DNA from: an uncultured Prevotellaceae bacterium
Lineage (GTDB): Bacteria; Bacteroidota; Bacteroidia; Bacteroidales; Bacteroidaceae
DNA: 64,000 bases
Assembly: GCA_902799905.1 (NCBI GenBank)
Contig: CADCCB010000002.1
Span: 36,810-100,809 of the forward strand
Reading direction: 5' to 3'
This document shows positions 29,101-38,521 of the stretch, piece after piece (the first letter of the stretch is position 1; each line of letters starts with the position of its first letter). Made by a program: the position numbers and the translations under genes. The notes under the pieces were generated by a model. The model was not told the DNA's origin, did no database searches, and saw nothing but the letters and a program-made list of their open reading frames with translations.

Positions 29101-29386
29101 ACAGGGGCACCTTGATCTCGTAGGTACCGTCGTCCTCCGTCAGCACACTGAAGCCAGTGATCTCGGCAGCACGCACAATAGCACCCGCAATGGGCTGCTG
29201 GGTGACAGCATCGACCACACGACCTTTCACGATTCTCGTCTCATACGTTTTCTGTTTCGGAGCCGCTTTGCGAGCCACGACCTCAGCCTCTTCCTCATCG
29301 TCCAGATCGTCCTGAGCGACAGCCGTCAGAGGGAAAGCCAACAGAAATGAAAGTCCAAATAAGATATATCGTTTCATATACTTCAT
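26120..29386 (-). CDS. SusC/RagA TonB-dependent transporter (SusC2)
   Basis: PLIVIDG, NPADIA, ALYGAKGANGVILI, WETTRRLNAG, DPNPDIYG, SDRWIEDGSYLRLK. Confidence 0.95.
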   Translation of the reverse strand: MKYMKRYILFGLSFLLAFPLTAVAQDDLDDEEEAEVVARKAAPKQKTYETRIVKGRVVDAVTQQPIAGAIVRAAEITGFSVLTEDDGTYEIKVPLFTSSLFITSPDYNPVKIGLQADERQKTASLYSANFDAEYQAQTNSLSNYAASDFQYTNALNIKDEIQKQLGAQVYTTARSGMPGIGSVMFVQGLNSLNVNAQPLIVIDGVIVEQQYGRTLLHDGFYNDILNNVNPADIAKVTVMRNGTALYGAKGANGVILIETHRSQSMATRITATASAGVVLEPKYYSVLDGDQYRGYASELLGSTGTTSTEFKFLNEDPTYYYYKHYHNNTDWKEQVYKTAVTQNYGVNVEGGDNVANYNLSVNYTMAKSPLKYNDMDRLNIRFNTDIALLSKLDVRFDASFSNQTRNIRNDGAPESYDEGTTTSPSFLAYVKSPFMSPYNYAHPDRYTSYITDHLDIDEESYLTEALTYYRNYNWKLANPVALNEYADAPNKNRFENSMLNLAVKPKFKFNDHLSLSEHFSYNLVNTNEKYYIPINGVPRYYVSSVNNKVDNEVRSLFSKQNSVMSDTRLDWTNRYDAHNLHVFGGVRINWENYTLNSQLGYNTGSDKTPYISNNNAYLQLQGANDSWNSMAMYAQAEYDYKNRYYLQANLTGESSSRFGKNASGLKLFGVAWGIFPAVQASWVLTNEPWMANVSGIDYLRLTAGYDISGNDDIDYFAARTYFRASQFLAAISSLSIDGIGNTSIQWETTRRLNAGIEGNFFNNRLSMSLNYFRSNTDNLLNYQALSFLTGLDKNWTNGGKLQNEGFDVTANVKVLALKEWQWQVGASVGHYKNKIKELADNATYLEQDIYGGTIRTEIGQAANLFYGYKTQGVFATTEEANEAGLYILGDNGVTRTYFGAGDMHFVDVDGNGEINKDDRVVIGDPNPDIYGNIFTSLAWKHFKLDVRFNYSLGNDVYNYMRSQLESGSRFMNQTTAMTNRWQKEGQQTDMPKVAFQDPMGNARFSDRWIEDGSYLRLKTVTLSYDLPLNSEFIQGLRFWIQGNNLLTFTKYLGTDPEFTMTSNVIGQGIDLGRVGQSRSIVAGVKINL

Positions 29387-29410
29387 GTTTCAAGATTAGT
29401 AAATGCGTGA

Positions 29411-31132
29411 TTATTCCTCATGCGGTTTCACGATAATGCAGTCAATACGCATATAAGCCGTGTAGGTATGGTTTCGGCGCTCCGCACTCAGCAGATTAGA
29501 ATTCAGACGCAGGATGACTTGTGAGTCACTCAGTCCGAAGGAGCAGGTGGGAATGGTGATGTTGCTGGCCAGCAGCACCGAGTCCACCTTGTGGTGGTCA
29601 GTGATAAAACTGTAACGGTTTCTGGCCGACAGCGTCGAGTCATTTTCCGGCAGATAGCAATAGGCCGACTCCTTGGCATCCTGATGGTGATAACTGATGG
29701 AGGCGGTGAACTTACAGGGCACAGTATCCGTTGCCAGCGAGTCGCTTGCCTCAGCAGGCACGAACACGGCATAGATATCGTAGCCGACATTCGACAGGAG
29801 TCCTGGCAACTTAAAGCGCACCTCGCCGTTCGACTGTCCCTTGGGGGCAACAATGACGAAGCGGTTATCCGACACCTTATTATAATATGGGCTCCAAGTA
29901 CCCACATTCAGATACTGCGGGTCGTTGGTCTTGTCTTCATCCACACCATCCAGGTAGTTACGGCTCTCACCTTCCACCAGTCTTTCCCGGAAGAAGGTAC
30001 GCTTCTTGTCGATATGCCAGTCGTTGCTCTTCAGCACCTTGCCGTTACTGCAAGCCACTTCATCGACACCGGCAAAGACGCCACCCTCAGCAAAAGGCTT
30101 CGGATACTGGTAGTAAGCCATATCGCTGCGACCCCAGGCATATCGGCGCATATTGTAGTCGTAAGCATTGACCGACATTGCCGAGTCGGTATTCCAGACA
30201 TACTCACCACCCACCATCTTGGCGTTGCGGGTCTGACTGAACACCGTGCCGTTGATGGCACCCAGGCGAGGCATCACCCAACACAGTGAGTCACGCTTCA
30301 GCACCTCATTGTCGTAATTGAAATAGGGTGAGTACTCTGCCACCAACTGATTCCAGACGTCGTTTGTGGGAACCACCATCCAGAACACGCTGTCCTCGGA
30401 ATTGACATAGTCCAGATACTGGAACATATCATTGGTCAACACCTCCACAGAATCCAGGTACCAGGTCTTACCATCTTCATCAATACCGCCTGCTACACTC
30501 TTTGAGGGCACGAATTCATACTCATTGAATGAACTCACGAAATTGCCTACACTGTCAAGGTCGGCATCCGATGTCAGGGCCTCAAACACATTGGCAAGAT
30601 AGTCCACCTTCTTGTTCAGGGTGTACAACAGGCCGTTAGCCGTCAACTGATTAGTGGTCAGCAATTGGCTATTGCCCAACGTCTGCGGTGTCAGAACCAG
30701 ATACTTGCCGTTCATCATAATAATCGAGTCGGCACCCGTCTTAGCCACCGAGTGGTTATAAAGGGCAATATGGTTCTGTACAAACTCCTTGATGGCACGG
30801 TTGTCCTTTTCTTTCTTACCCAGTTGCTTCTCCTTGTTATAGAGGGCTATCCACTGGTCAGCCTGCTCACTAGTGAACTGATCGTCGGTGGGAGCAAAGA
30901 CCGTGAACACCTGACTGCTGGACAGGGAGGCATCATAGCCTGTTGCTTCCATCACACGGACGAAATTATTCAAGTTGCCGTTGTCCTTAATGGTGCTCCA
31001 CAGGGTGCCTGATGCCGCACCTTCCGGCATACTGGCATCATAGTGGTCGTTCCACGTATCGGTACACCCCACGATGGCAAGGGCTGCCAGCGCAAGCCCT
31101 GCCACCTTAGTATATATTTTGCTTCGTTTCAT
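29411..31132 (-). CDS. Fasciclin (FAS1) domain lipoprotein
   Basis: Lipobox IVGC, FAS1 H1 TVFAPTDDQF, H2 NGLLYTLNKKV. Confidence 0.85.
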   Translation of the reverse strand: MKRSKIYTKVAGLALAALAIVGCTDTWNDHYDASMPEGAASGTLWSTIKDNGNLNNFVRVMEATGYDASLSSSQVFTVFAPTDDQFTSEQADQWIALYNKEKQLGKKEKDNRAIKEFVQNHIALYNHSVAKTGADSIIMMNGKYLVLTPQTLGNSQLLTTNQLTANGLLYTLNKKVDYLANVFEALTSDADLDSVGNFVSSFNEYEFVPSKSVAGGIDEDGKTWYLDSVEVLTNDMFQYLDYVNSEDSVFWMVVPTNDVWNQLVAEYSPYFNYDNEVLKRDSLCWVMPRLGAINGTVFSQTRNAKMVGGEYVWNTDSAMSVNAYDYNMRRYAWGRSDMAYYQYPKPFAEGGVFAGVDEVACSNGKVLKSNDWHIDKKRTFFRERLVEGESRNYLDGVDEDKTNDPQYLNVGTWSPYYNKVSDNRFVIVAPKGQSNGEVRFKLPGLLSNVGYDIYAVFVPAEASDSLATDTVPCKFTASISYHHQDAKESAYCYLPENDSTLSARNRYSFITDHHKVDSVLLASNITIPTCSFGLSDSQVILRLNSNLLSAERRNHTYTAYMRIDCIIVKPHEE

Positions 31133-31162
31133 AATTCTCAATTCTCAATTGTCAATTCTCAA

Positions 31163-33247
31163 TTAGTTCGGATCCTCCATGACGCCCTCATCGGTCACAC
31201 CATAGACGCTCTTGGGTACGAGTTCCAGATAGTCGAGCATGATCTCGTTGTTACCCAGACCTTCCGATACGCAGCGGAAACGCAGATAGTAGTCCTTGTT
31301 AGGCTCCATGTGAACGGTACAGATCACGATGCGCAGTGTATTCGGAATATTAGCGAACAACTGTCCGGCATTGTTACGGATTTCACTCAGAGAGCCTGCT
31401 CTCTGTCCGCCCAGACAGCCTCTATAGAAGCCCTTGTTCTTCAACTCCTTCAATTCCTCACTCTTCTCTTCATCGGTCAGTTTTTCGTAGTCGGTATGTG
31501 CATTCCAATAGGTCGAGCCTAAGATGGTCTCGTGACTCAGGTTACGACGCATGTCGAGAGGTATGCCCTGAGGCTCCAGATGGCCTTCTGTGCCAAAATA
31601 CACCTGAGCGATACCACGTATATCCATGGCTGCATAGCCCAGTCGCACCTGATAGTCACCCTCTGTTGGAACGGGCGGGATGCGGAATGTCACGTCGAAG
31701 TTGTCCTGACAGATGAACTCATCGCCACAGTAAGACCAGAATCCCATACGCGGGCGGCGATAGATGAAGTAGCCGTTGTTACCCACAGTCACACCGTCCA
31801 GATAGCCATTGGGGAAGAAATAGTTGGTGCCATACTTCTCCGTGTGGTCGTAGGCGGGGTCGTCCGTGACCAGACCCTCATCGCTCTTGTAGTTCATACG
31901 CATGCTGTTGGTCATCACCTCTGGGAAGACGGTTGACATATCCATGCGCATACGGCAGTTCATCACCTCTTCCTTCATCTGCAAGTCATACTTCAGGATG
32001 TCTTCGATGCAGAAATACACGCCATTCATGGCATTGCCGTCGTAACCATTCGGGATGGTAGGCATCACCCTCACACCAGGTATCGTGTAGCGGTCATCCA
32101 CGCGGCGATTCAGGAAGATATCACCGTTGGCACCACCCAGCATATAATTTGCCAACCTCAGTTTCTCCACCTTCATCATAGCGTAGGGGAACATGGTGAT
32201 GTACCACTCCATGGGGTTGATCTTATTGGTACGGATGCCATAGTCGTTGACCACCGTCAGCAGGTTGTAACCATGCACGTTGCGATTCAGCAGGTGGTAG
32301 GACATGAGTCGGTTCAGCGGGTTACGGCGATCGGTGGCGTTAGCCAGTTGATGGTATTCCTCGCTCTCTCCACCATAGATAGGATCATATATTTGGCAAG
32401 CCTTCTCATAGAGTCCCTCCAGCGTCGTGATGTTGTATTTGGCTTTCAAGATAGAGTCGGTCACTATGAAGGCCGTATAGCCGAACAGACGTTCCTTGGG
32501 TGAACGGGCCGACTCTTTGATGCTGCTACCGGTGATATAGTCCTTCCAGTAGGGCTGCTTACCCGTAATATCCATCACCTGCTCGTAGTTCTCGTCCTTA
32601 TAGCGGAAGAGGGAGTCACGCAGGCCGGTCTTCTGCAAAGCCTCGTAGAAGATGCTTACCTCCGGGTTCAACTTGATGATATCCGGCAGCAGACGGTTCG
32701 AACTCTCCAGCACGCGGTCGATGGGCTGCACGATACCGTTGACCACCGAGTCGTCCTTCAGTTCAAAGTAGATATGGGCATCGCCGTTAATATAGACCAC
32801 GTTTCTGCCCTCATCGTCAGCCTTACGCTCCACCTCCAGATAGCGGTCGTTCATGTTCGGCTGTGTCAGCACGCCGTCTGGCATATCGAAGGTTGAATAG
32901 AGCACGTCCATCAAGTGTGTACGGGCAATCGTGTCGCAGTCTTCATCACTCAGGTCATCCACCGAACTGAGTCCCCTGTTGGCCAGATAGAGGTCTATGG
33001 CATCGTTATTGGGAGCAAAGCAGGTGTATGATCCATAGGTAGAGAGCAGGCTCATCATACCCGATCGTGTCACAATCTGAGCAAACTCGCTGTATTGCTG
33101 CCTGTTCTGCAGATAGGTGCTCATCATCTCGTCATCGAACGTACGGAAGTTCTCGCTGTCGGGTTCGTCAGAGCAGGCCGTCAGCATGGGCAGGGCCAAA
33201 GCCAGCACTGCCATCAGGAGCCATCTGTTGATTTTATATCTTTTCAT
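31163..33247 (-). CDS. Fasciclin domain lipoprotein with a C-terminal beta-sandwich (DUF5108-like)
   Basis: Lipobox LTAC, TCFAPNNDAI, NGIVQPIDRVL, NGVYFCIEDIL; start may be 33262. Confidence 0.85.
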   Translation of the reverse strand: MKRYKINRWLLMAVLALALPMLTACSDEPDSENFRTFDDEMMSTYLQNRQQYSEFAQIVTRSGMMSLLSTYGSYTCFAPNNDAIDLYLANRGLSSVDDLSDEDCDTIARTHLMDVLYSTFDMPDGVLTQPNMNDRYLEVERKADDEGRNVVYINGDAHIYFELKDDSVVNGIVQPIDRVLESSNRLLPDIIKLNPEVSIFYEALQKTGLRDSLFRYKDENYEQVMDITGKQPYWKDYITGSSIKESARSPKERLFGYTAFIVTDSILKAKYNITTLEGLYEKACQIYDPIYGGESEEYHQLANATDRRNPLNRLMSYHLLNRNVHGYNLLTVVNDYGIRTNKINPMEWYITMFPYAMMKVEKLRLANYMLGGANGDIFLNRRVDDRYTIPGVRVMPTIPNGYDGNAMNGVYFCIEDILKYDLQMKEEVMNCRMRMDMSTVFPEVMTNSMRMNYKSDEGLVTDDPAYDHTEKYGTNYFFPNGYLDGVTVGNNGYFIYRRPRMGFWSYCGDEFICQDNFDVTFRIPPVPTEGDYQVRLGYAAMDIRGIAQVYFGTEGHLEPQGIPLDMRRNLSHETILGSTYWNAHTDYEKLTDEEKSEELKELKNKGFYRGCLGGQRAGSLSEIRNNAGQLFANIPNTLRIVICTVHMEPNKDYYLRFRCVSEGLGNNEIMLDYLELVPKSVYGVTDEGVMEDPN

Positions 33248-33292
33248 AATCGTTCTAACCATTATCAATTTTCAATTTTCAATCTTCAATCA

Positions 33293-35005
33293 TCAGTCCT
33301 TCTCCTCATAGGTATAGGCAGGATTCTTCCACAAGTTCTTGTTCACCTTCCACTCTTCCAGATAGCAAGGCAGGAAGATGGACTCAAAGATACTCTCAAG
33401 ATTACCCTGCACGATAGAGGCATTCTTCAGGCCCTTGTTAGCCACCTGTTGTGAGAGATAGGTGTTATTGCCGTCGCGCATGGAGCGGCGTACCAGGTCG
33501 AACCAGCGCTTGCCCTCGAAGAGCAGTTCACGCTGCCGTTCGTCTATCACCATCTCCTCCATATTGCTCTTGGTATTATCAGCAGGGAACTTCAATAGGT
33601 CGTTTGCCGTAATCTTGTCGGGGTCTTTCATGATGGAGCGGCGATTCACCACCTGCACCAGTCCGAAAGCCTCTTCGAGTTTGGGATCATCATCGGAAGC
33701 AGCCATTTGTACCAAGGCCTCAGCCTTCATCAGCATGATGTCGGTCAGACGGTAGATAATCCAGTTCGAGTGGTTCTTACCAGCCGGATAGAAGCCTGAA
33801 TAGACACTCGTTATCTTATCGTTGGATGTTGACCTCTCGACCAGCGGTGTCAGCGCCGTATACTTGGCAATGATACTCGATGAAAGCATCGACTCATAAT
33901 AGCGGGCGTCATACTTGTTGACAAACAATTTGTACAGGTTGTTGTTCACATCGTTGTACAGGAACTGCGTAGGACTGACGCGATTGTACCACGTATTGTT
34001 CAGATTACCATAGTAGGTGTCCACAGCGCCATTGGCCAGCATATTGGGGTTATTCATGTAGGTCAGTTCAAAGACGGACTCCACGCTGTTGCCTTCGCCG
34101 AAGATTTCTGCTGGTGCATTACCATAGACACCCGTCTGGGTTGTCCAGTCACGGATGAGGGGATAGCCCTCTCCCGTTTCACCATACCTGAAGTACTTGT
34201 TCATGTCTGCATACAGGATGCCCTGATCTTCCTTGGCATCGGTACGCTTCTGTTCGATGATCAGGTCGGCATAGTCCACACACTTCTGGTAGTCCTTCTT
34301 CCAGAGGTACATCTCGCAGAGCATGGCATAGATGGCAGCACGGGTGATACGGCCCGTCTGGTACAAAGACTTGTTGCCATCCGTGGGATAGTGGCGCTGG
34401 GCATTACCCTTCACACTTTCCAGGTCGGCAATCAGTGAGTCGAGCACCTCCTCAAAAGGTCTTGCCGGAATATCCATCTCTTGGTTGTCGTCAGTATAGG
34501 CATGCGTGGTGTAGGGCACATTGCGGAAAGTGCGTATCAGGTAGAAGTAGCACAGGTCGCGCAGGGCCGATACCTCGGCAATGGTAGCACGCAGGTCGCT
34601 GTCGCTGAACGACGGGTCTTTCTTCTGCACTTCTGGTGCATAGAGTATCACGGTGTTACAGCGGTTGATGACCGTATAGAAACTGCTCCAGTCGGTATAG
34701 ACGTTGCTGGGGTCGATATTGGCCTGCAGGAATTTGTACATGTGCAGGTCGTCTGACTCTGCCTTGAAACCCTCGATGATGTTGTCCGAGCGGAACTCAC
34801 CCCATGCCATCATGCGGGAGATGACGGCCGATGACTGCATGCCCTCATAGCATCCGGCCACGGTATTTTCCACATCGGTCTTCTCGTTCCAGAACTGCTC
34901 CAGGATCACCAGTTCCCTTGGTTCAAGATCCAGGAAGTCACCGCAGGATGTAAAACCGCAGATGACGCAGATTGCACAAATTATATTATTATATATCTTG
35001 TTCAT
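33293..35005 (-). CDS. RagB/SusD family lipoprotein (SusD1)
   Basis: Lipobox FTSC, WSSFYTVINRCN, YRLTDIMLMKAEA, ERQRELLFEGKRWFDLVR. Confidence 0.93.
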   Translation of the reverse strand: MNKIYNNIICAICVICGFTSCGDFLDLEPRELVILEQFWNEKTDVENTVAGCYEGMQSSAVISRMMAWGEFRSDNIIEGFKAESDDLHMYKFLQANIDPSNVYTDWSSFYTVINRCNTVILYAPEVQKKDPSFSDSDLRATIAEVSALRDLCYFYLIRTFRNVPYTTHAYTDDNQEMDIPARPFEEVLDSLIADLESVKGNAQRHYPTDGNKSLYQTGRITRAAIYAMLCEMYLWKKDYQKCVDYADLIIEQKRTDAKEDQGILYADMNKYFRYGETGEGYPLIRDWTTQTGVYGNAPAEIFGEGNSVESVFELTYMNNPNMLANGAVDTYYGNLNNTWYNRVSPTQFLYNDVNNNLYKLFVNKYDARYYESMLSSSIIAKYTALTPLVERSTSNDKITSVYSGFYPAGKNHSNWIIYRLTDIMLMKAEALVQMAASDDDPKLEEAFGLVQVVNRRSIMKDPDKITANDLLKFPADNTKSNMEEMVIDERQRELLFEGKRWFDLVRRSMRDGNNTYLSQQVANKGLKNASIVQGNLESIFESIFLPCYLEEWKVNKNLWKNPAYTYEEKD

Positions 35006-35017
35006 AATTTCAGTCGT

Positions 35018-38000
35018 TTAGAAGTCAACAGTTATACCAAATGTATAAGAGCGTGCACGCGGTGTCTGTCCCCAGTCGACAGCAGCCCCATAGCCGCCAT
35101 AGTTCACGTCGGGGTCCTCTCCCGAGTACTTGGTCAGCACGAATGGGTTGTTGACACTGGCATAGAGGTTCACCTGGTTCAGACCTATGAACTTCAGGTA
35201 CTTCTTCTTGATGGAATACGACAACTGTGCATAACTCATACGCAGATAGGTGCCGTCCTCCACGAAGCGGTCGCTCACCAAGATGTTATAGTTAGAGGCG
35301 TTGCCATACATGGCACGCGGAATCTGGGTCACCTGATACTCCTTACGCCAGCGGTAGTTCACGGCCTGGCTCTGGTTGTTGTTGCCAATCATAGCCTCCA
35401 TGTCGAGACGGCGGATGTTCAGGATCTTGTTACCCACACGGTAGTTGAACTGGGTGTTCAGGCGCCAGTCACCATACCTGAAGGTGAAGCCGAAGCCACC
35501 AGTCAGTTTGGGCAGCGACGAACCCAGGTAAACGACATCGTACTTGTCGATGTTGCCATCATGGTTGATGTCCTCATAGATGGCATCACCACCAGAGAAC
35601 TTGTAGGGATCGGTCAGGCCGACACCCGGCTCGTTGCTATGGCCGAACACCATGCGGACGGGCAGGCCCTTGCTGTCATAGACCACTTCACCCTTCTCGT
35701 TCAGGGCGACAGGAGCCGTCAGCGGCTGACGGTCGATGCCGTGCTTGTCATAGAACTCCTGCGGCAGCGTACCGTTGAGCAGGGCAGCCTGCTCCTCATT
35801 GCTCATCAGGGCAAATGTCTCGTAGTTGACGCTATAGACACCCTTGTAGCGGAAGCCGTAGATGGCGCCGAATGGGTTGTGCAGTTGCACGCGCTGCAGC
35901 ACCTGACGGTTCTCGTAGTTGAAGGTAGAGTTCAGGCCTTTCAGGATGTTCTCGTCCATCTCCAGTATCTCGTTGCGGTTGTTACCGAAGTTGGCATTGA
36001 GGTCCATGACGAACTTACCCTTCTTGATGAGGTTGTTGGTATTGACATGGAACTCCCAACCAGTGTTGCGCATCTTACCGTCGTTCTTCGTTGGCAGATA
36101 GGCAAAACCAGCGCTCGACGGGATGCGGTAACCACCCATGAGCATGTCCTTAGTGGTGGACTGGTAGAGTTCCAGTACGAATGTCAGGCGGTCATCCAGG
36201 AAGCCGAAGTCCATACCGAGGTTGTACTGGGTGATGGTCTCCCATTTCAGGTCGGTCAGACGGATGTTGTCAGGCACGAACGAAGTCATATCGATATAGG
36301 TACTTGCCTGACGGTAGATACTCGTATAGAGGTAGTCGCGGTTAGGCGCGTGTCCCACACGACCCCAACTGGGACGGATAGAGAGCATGGAGAGCGTTGG
36401 CTTCAGTTTCTGCATCCAAGGCTCGTCAATCATGTTCCAGCGCAACGACACAGAGGGGAAGTAGCCCCAGCGGCGGCCCGGTCCGAACTTCGACGTACCG
36501 TCGGCACGCAGCGAGACATCCACCATATAGCGGCCCTTGTAGGCATAGTGGCCAGAGAACGTGAAGTACATGGAGCGCCACTCACCGAAACTTGATCCCG
36601 GATTGGTGATCATACCACCGGCATCAGGGCTCTGAATGACACCACCAGAAGCCAGTCCGTAGCCAGAGGTCTGCTGACCTGTGGAAGAGCCGGAGTTCAG
36701 TTCGAAACGTCCCATAGCCAGCACCGAGTGGTCCTTGTTGGAGAAGGCAGGTATCAGCGTCAACGTGTGCTTAGTGTTGAACGACACGCTCTTTGAACTG
36801 GCCGAATAGGCAGTGTTGTGGTTGTTGCTAGACCAGGCTGTCGTCACCAGTTCAGCAGGATAGAAGCGGTCGATATACTTATTGGAAATATTCATATAGA
36901 CCGATCCGCGCCAGTTCAACTGCCAGTGATCCTCGTCCATACCGAGCAACTGGTAGTTGATGACCAGTTCGGGGTTCATGTCGTAGGAACGTGTCTGGTT
37001 CTTGGCCAGGTTAGCCGAAGCAACGGGATTGACGTAGGCCTTCTGGTCGTTCTTGAAGAAGTCCTGATATTCATATTTCTGCTCCTCGATGTTCCAGGTG
37101 TAGTTACCCAGAGCCTCATTCTGCAGCATGGTATAGTACTTGTCAGTATCCTCGCCCGTGAAGCGGTCCTGCTCGTAGATGGCCATGTTTGGCATCTTCC
37201 TCTGAGCGATGGAGAGCAGGTTGTCGTGGTTCTGGTCGTTCTTCGTGTAGGTCAAGGCAAAGTTGGTCTGCACGCGGATACGCTGTGACACGTTATAGTC
37301 GAGGTTCACACGCGTAGAGAAACGCTGCAGTTTCTGCTTGATAACCGTACCCGTCTCATGGTCGAAGCCGCCAGAGATACGGAAGGTAGCCTTCTCACCA
37401 CCGCCCGAGATAGTCAGGTAGTGGTTTTGACGCAGACCCCATTGTGTGACGGCATCCACCCAGTCGGTATTGTTGTTGTACTGCTCAGCCTCGGTATAGT
37501 TTATCGGGTCGCGGTAGTTCAGCAGGTCGATGTTCTTCGTCACGTTGTCGTTCTGCTCGGGGTTGAAGTAACTCTCCTTGAGCAACATGGTGTAGTCGTC
37601 ACCATTGAGCAGGTCGTAGCCCTTGGGCTGATAGGTGCCTGTGAGTTTCAGCGAATAGGTCACCTTGGGTTTACCGCGTGAGCCACGCTTGGTGGTCAGT
37701 TCGATAACACCGCTACCGCCCTGCGAACCGTAGATGGCCGTAGCGGCAGCATCTTTCAGCACGGTGATGGAGGCGATGTCCTCAGGGTTGATCTTCAGCA
37801 ACTGTGCAAACTGCTCGTCGCTCGACGATCCGAGGTCAAAAGATGACAGTTCGCCTGCCTCATCTACCCACACGTTGCCGTCGATAACGATCAGCGGGTT
37901 CTGGTTGGTCAGCGACGAGATACTCGACGTACCGCGCAGACGCATCGTGGAGCCTGAACCCAGGTTACCTGAACTGCCGATGATGTCGAGACCGGCGATA

Positions 38001-38488
38001 CGGCCCTGCAGGGCTTCATCGACGGAGGTCAGTCCCAGTCCCTCGAACTCCTTCATCGAGATGGTCTGTGTGGCATACGATATTTCCCTTTCAGGGATGG
38101 GCAGGTTGTTGCCCTGCATACGCTTCTTAGCCTTCACCGTGACCTCCTTCAGCGTGGTGGCCGAGGACATCATTATGTTGAACGAAGTCTTGTTGATAGG
38201 CAGCAACTGGGTCTTCATACCCACGTAACTGAAACGGATCTTATTCTTCTGGTTGCGCACCTTCATGGTGAAGTTACCATTCAAGTCGGTGACAGCCGAC
38301 TCAATAATACGTCCGGTGGCGTCGATCTCGCACACCGTGGCACCCATCAGCGGCCCCATGTCATCGCTCACGGTACCGTGTACCGAGGTGATGTTCTGTG
38401 CTTTTGCCATGCCAATGTCCATCACGGCCACGACAAGCAGCACGGCCAGACGGAGGACGATGGATGATATGTGTTTCTGGTGTCTCAT
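35018..38488 (-). CDS. SusC/RagA TonB-dependent transporter (SusC1)
   Basis: ALQGRIAG, PLIVIDG, INPEDIASITVLKDAAATAIYGSQG, LKWET, SDRFVEDGTYLR, C-terminal F. Confidence 0.95.
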   Translation of the reverse strand: MRHQKHISSIVLRLAVLLVVAVMDIGMAKAQNITSVHGTVSDDMGPLMGATVCEIDATGRIIESAVTDLNGNFTMKVRNQKNKIRFSYVGMKTQLLPINKTSFNIMMSSATTLKEVTVKAKKRMQGNNLPIPEREISYATQTISMKEFEGLGLTSVDEALQGRIAGLDIIGSSGNLGSGSTMRLRGTSSISSLTNQNPLIVIDGNVWVDEAGELSSFDLGSSSDEQFAQLLKINPEDIASITVLKDAAATAIYGSQGGSGVIELTTKRGSRGKPKVTYSLKLTGTYQPKGYDLLNGDDYTMLLKESYFNPEQNDNVTKNIDLLNYRDPINYTEAEQYNNNTDWVDAVTQWGLRQNHYLTISGGGEKATFRISGGFDHETGTVIKQKLQRFSTRVNLDYNVSQRIRVQTNFALTYTKNDQNHDNLLSIAQRKMPNMAIYEQDRFTGEDTDKYYTMLQNEALGNYTWNIEEQKYEYQDFFKNDQKAYVNPVASANLAKNQTRSYDMNPELVINYQLLGMDEDHWQLNWRGSVYMNISNKYIDRFYPAELVTTAWSSNNHNTAYSASSKSVSFNTKHTLTLIPAFSNKDHSVLAMGRFELNSGSSTGQQTSGYGLASGGVIQSPDAGGMITNPGSSFGEWRSMYFTFSGHYAYKGRYMVDVSLRADGTSKFGPGRRWGYFPSVSLRWNMIDEPWMQKLKPTLSMLSIRPSWGRVGHAPNRDYLYTSIYRQASTYIDMTSFVPDNIRLTDLKWETITQYNLGMDFGFLDDRLTFVLELYQSTTKDMLMGGYRIPSSAGFAYLPTKNDGKMRNTGWEFHVNTNNLIKKGKFVMDLNANFGNNRNEILEMDENILKGLNSTFNYENRQVLQRVQLHNPFGAIYGFRYKGVYSVNYETFALMSNEEQAALLNGTLPQEFYDKHGIDRQPLTAPVALNEKGEVVYDSKGLPVRMVFGHSNEPGVGLTDPYKFSGGDAIYEDINHDGNIDKYDVVYLGSSLPKLTGGFGFTFRYGDWRLNTQFNYRVGNKILNIRRLDMEAMIGNNNQSQAVNYRWRKEYQVTQIPRAMYGNASNYNILVSDRFVEDGTYLRMSYAQLSYSIKKKYLKFIGLNQVNLYASVNNPFVLTKYSGEDPDVNYGGYGAAVDWGQTPRARSYTFGITVDF

Positions 38489-38521
38489 ATCCTTGATAAT
38501 AGCATATAGTTATTGATAATG

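Noticed and set aside
24291-38488. Invertible susC/susD shufflon
   Set aside because: No recombinase and no shared inverted repeat between the two susC/susD pairs were seen; both pairs are on the same strand and diverged.
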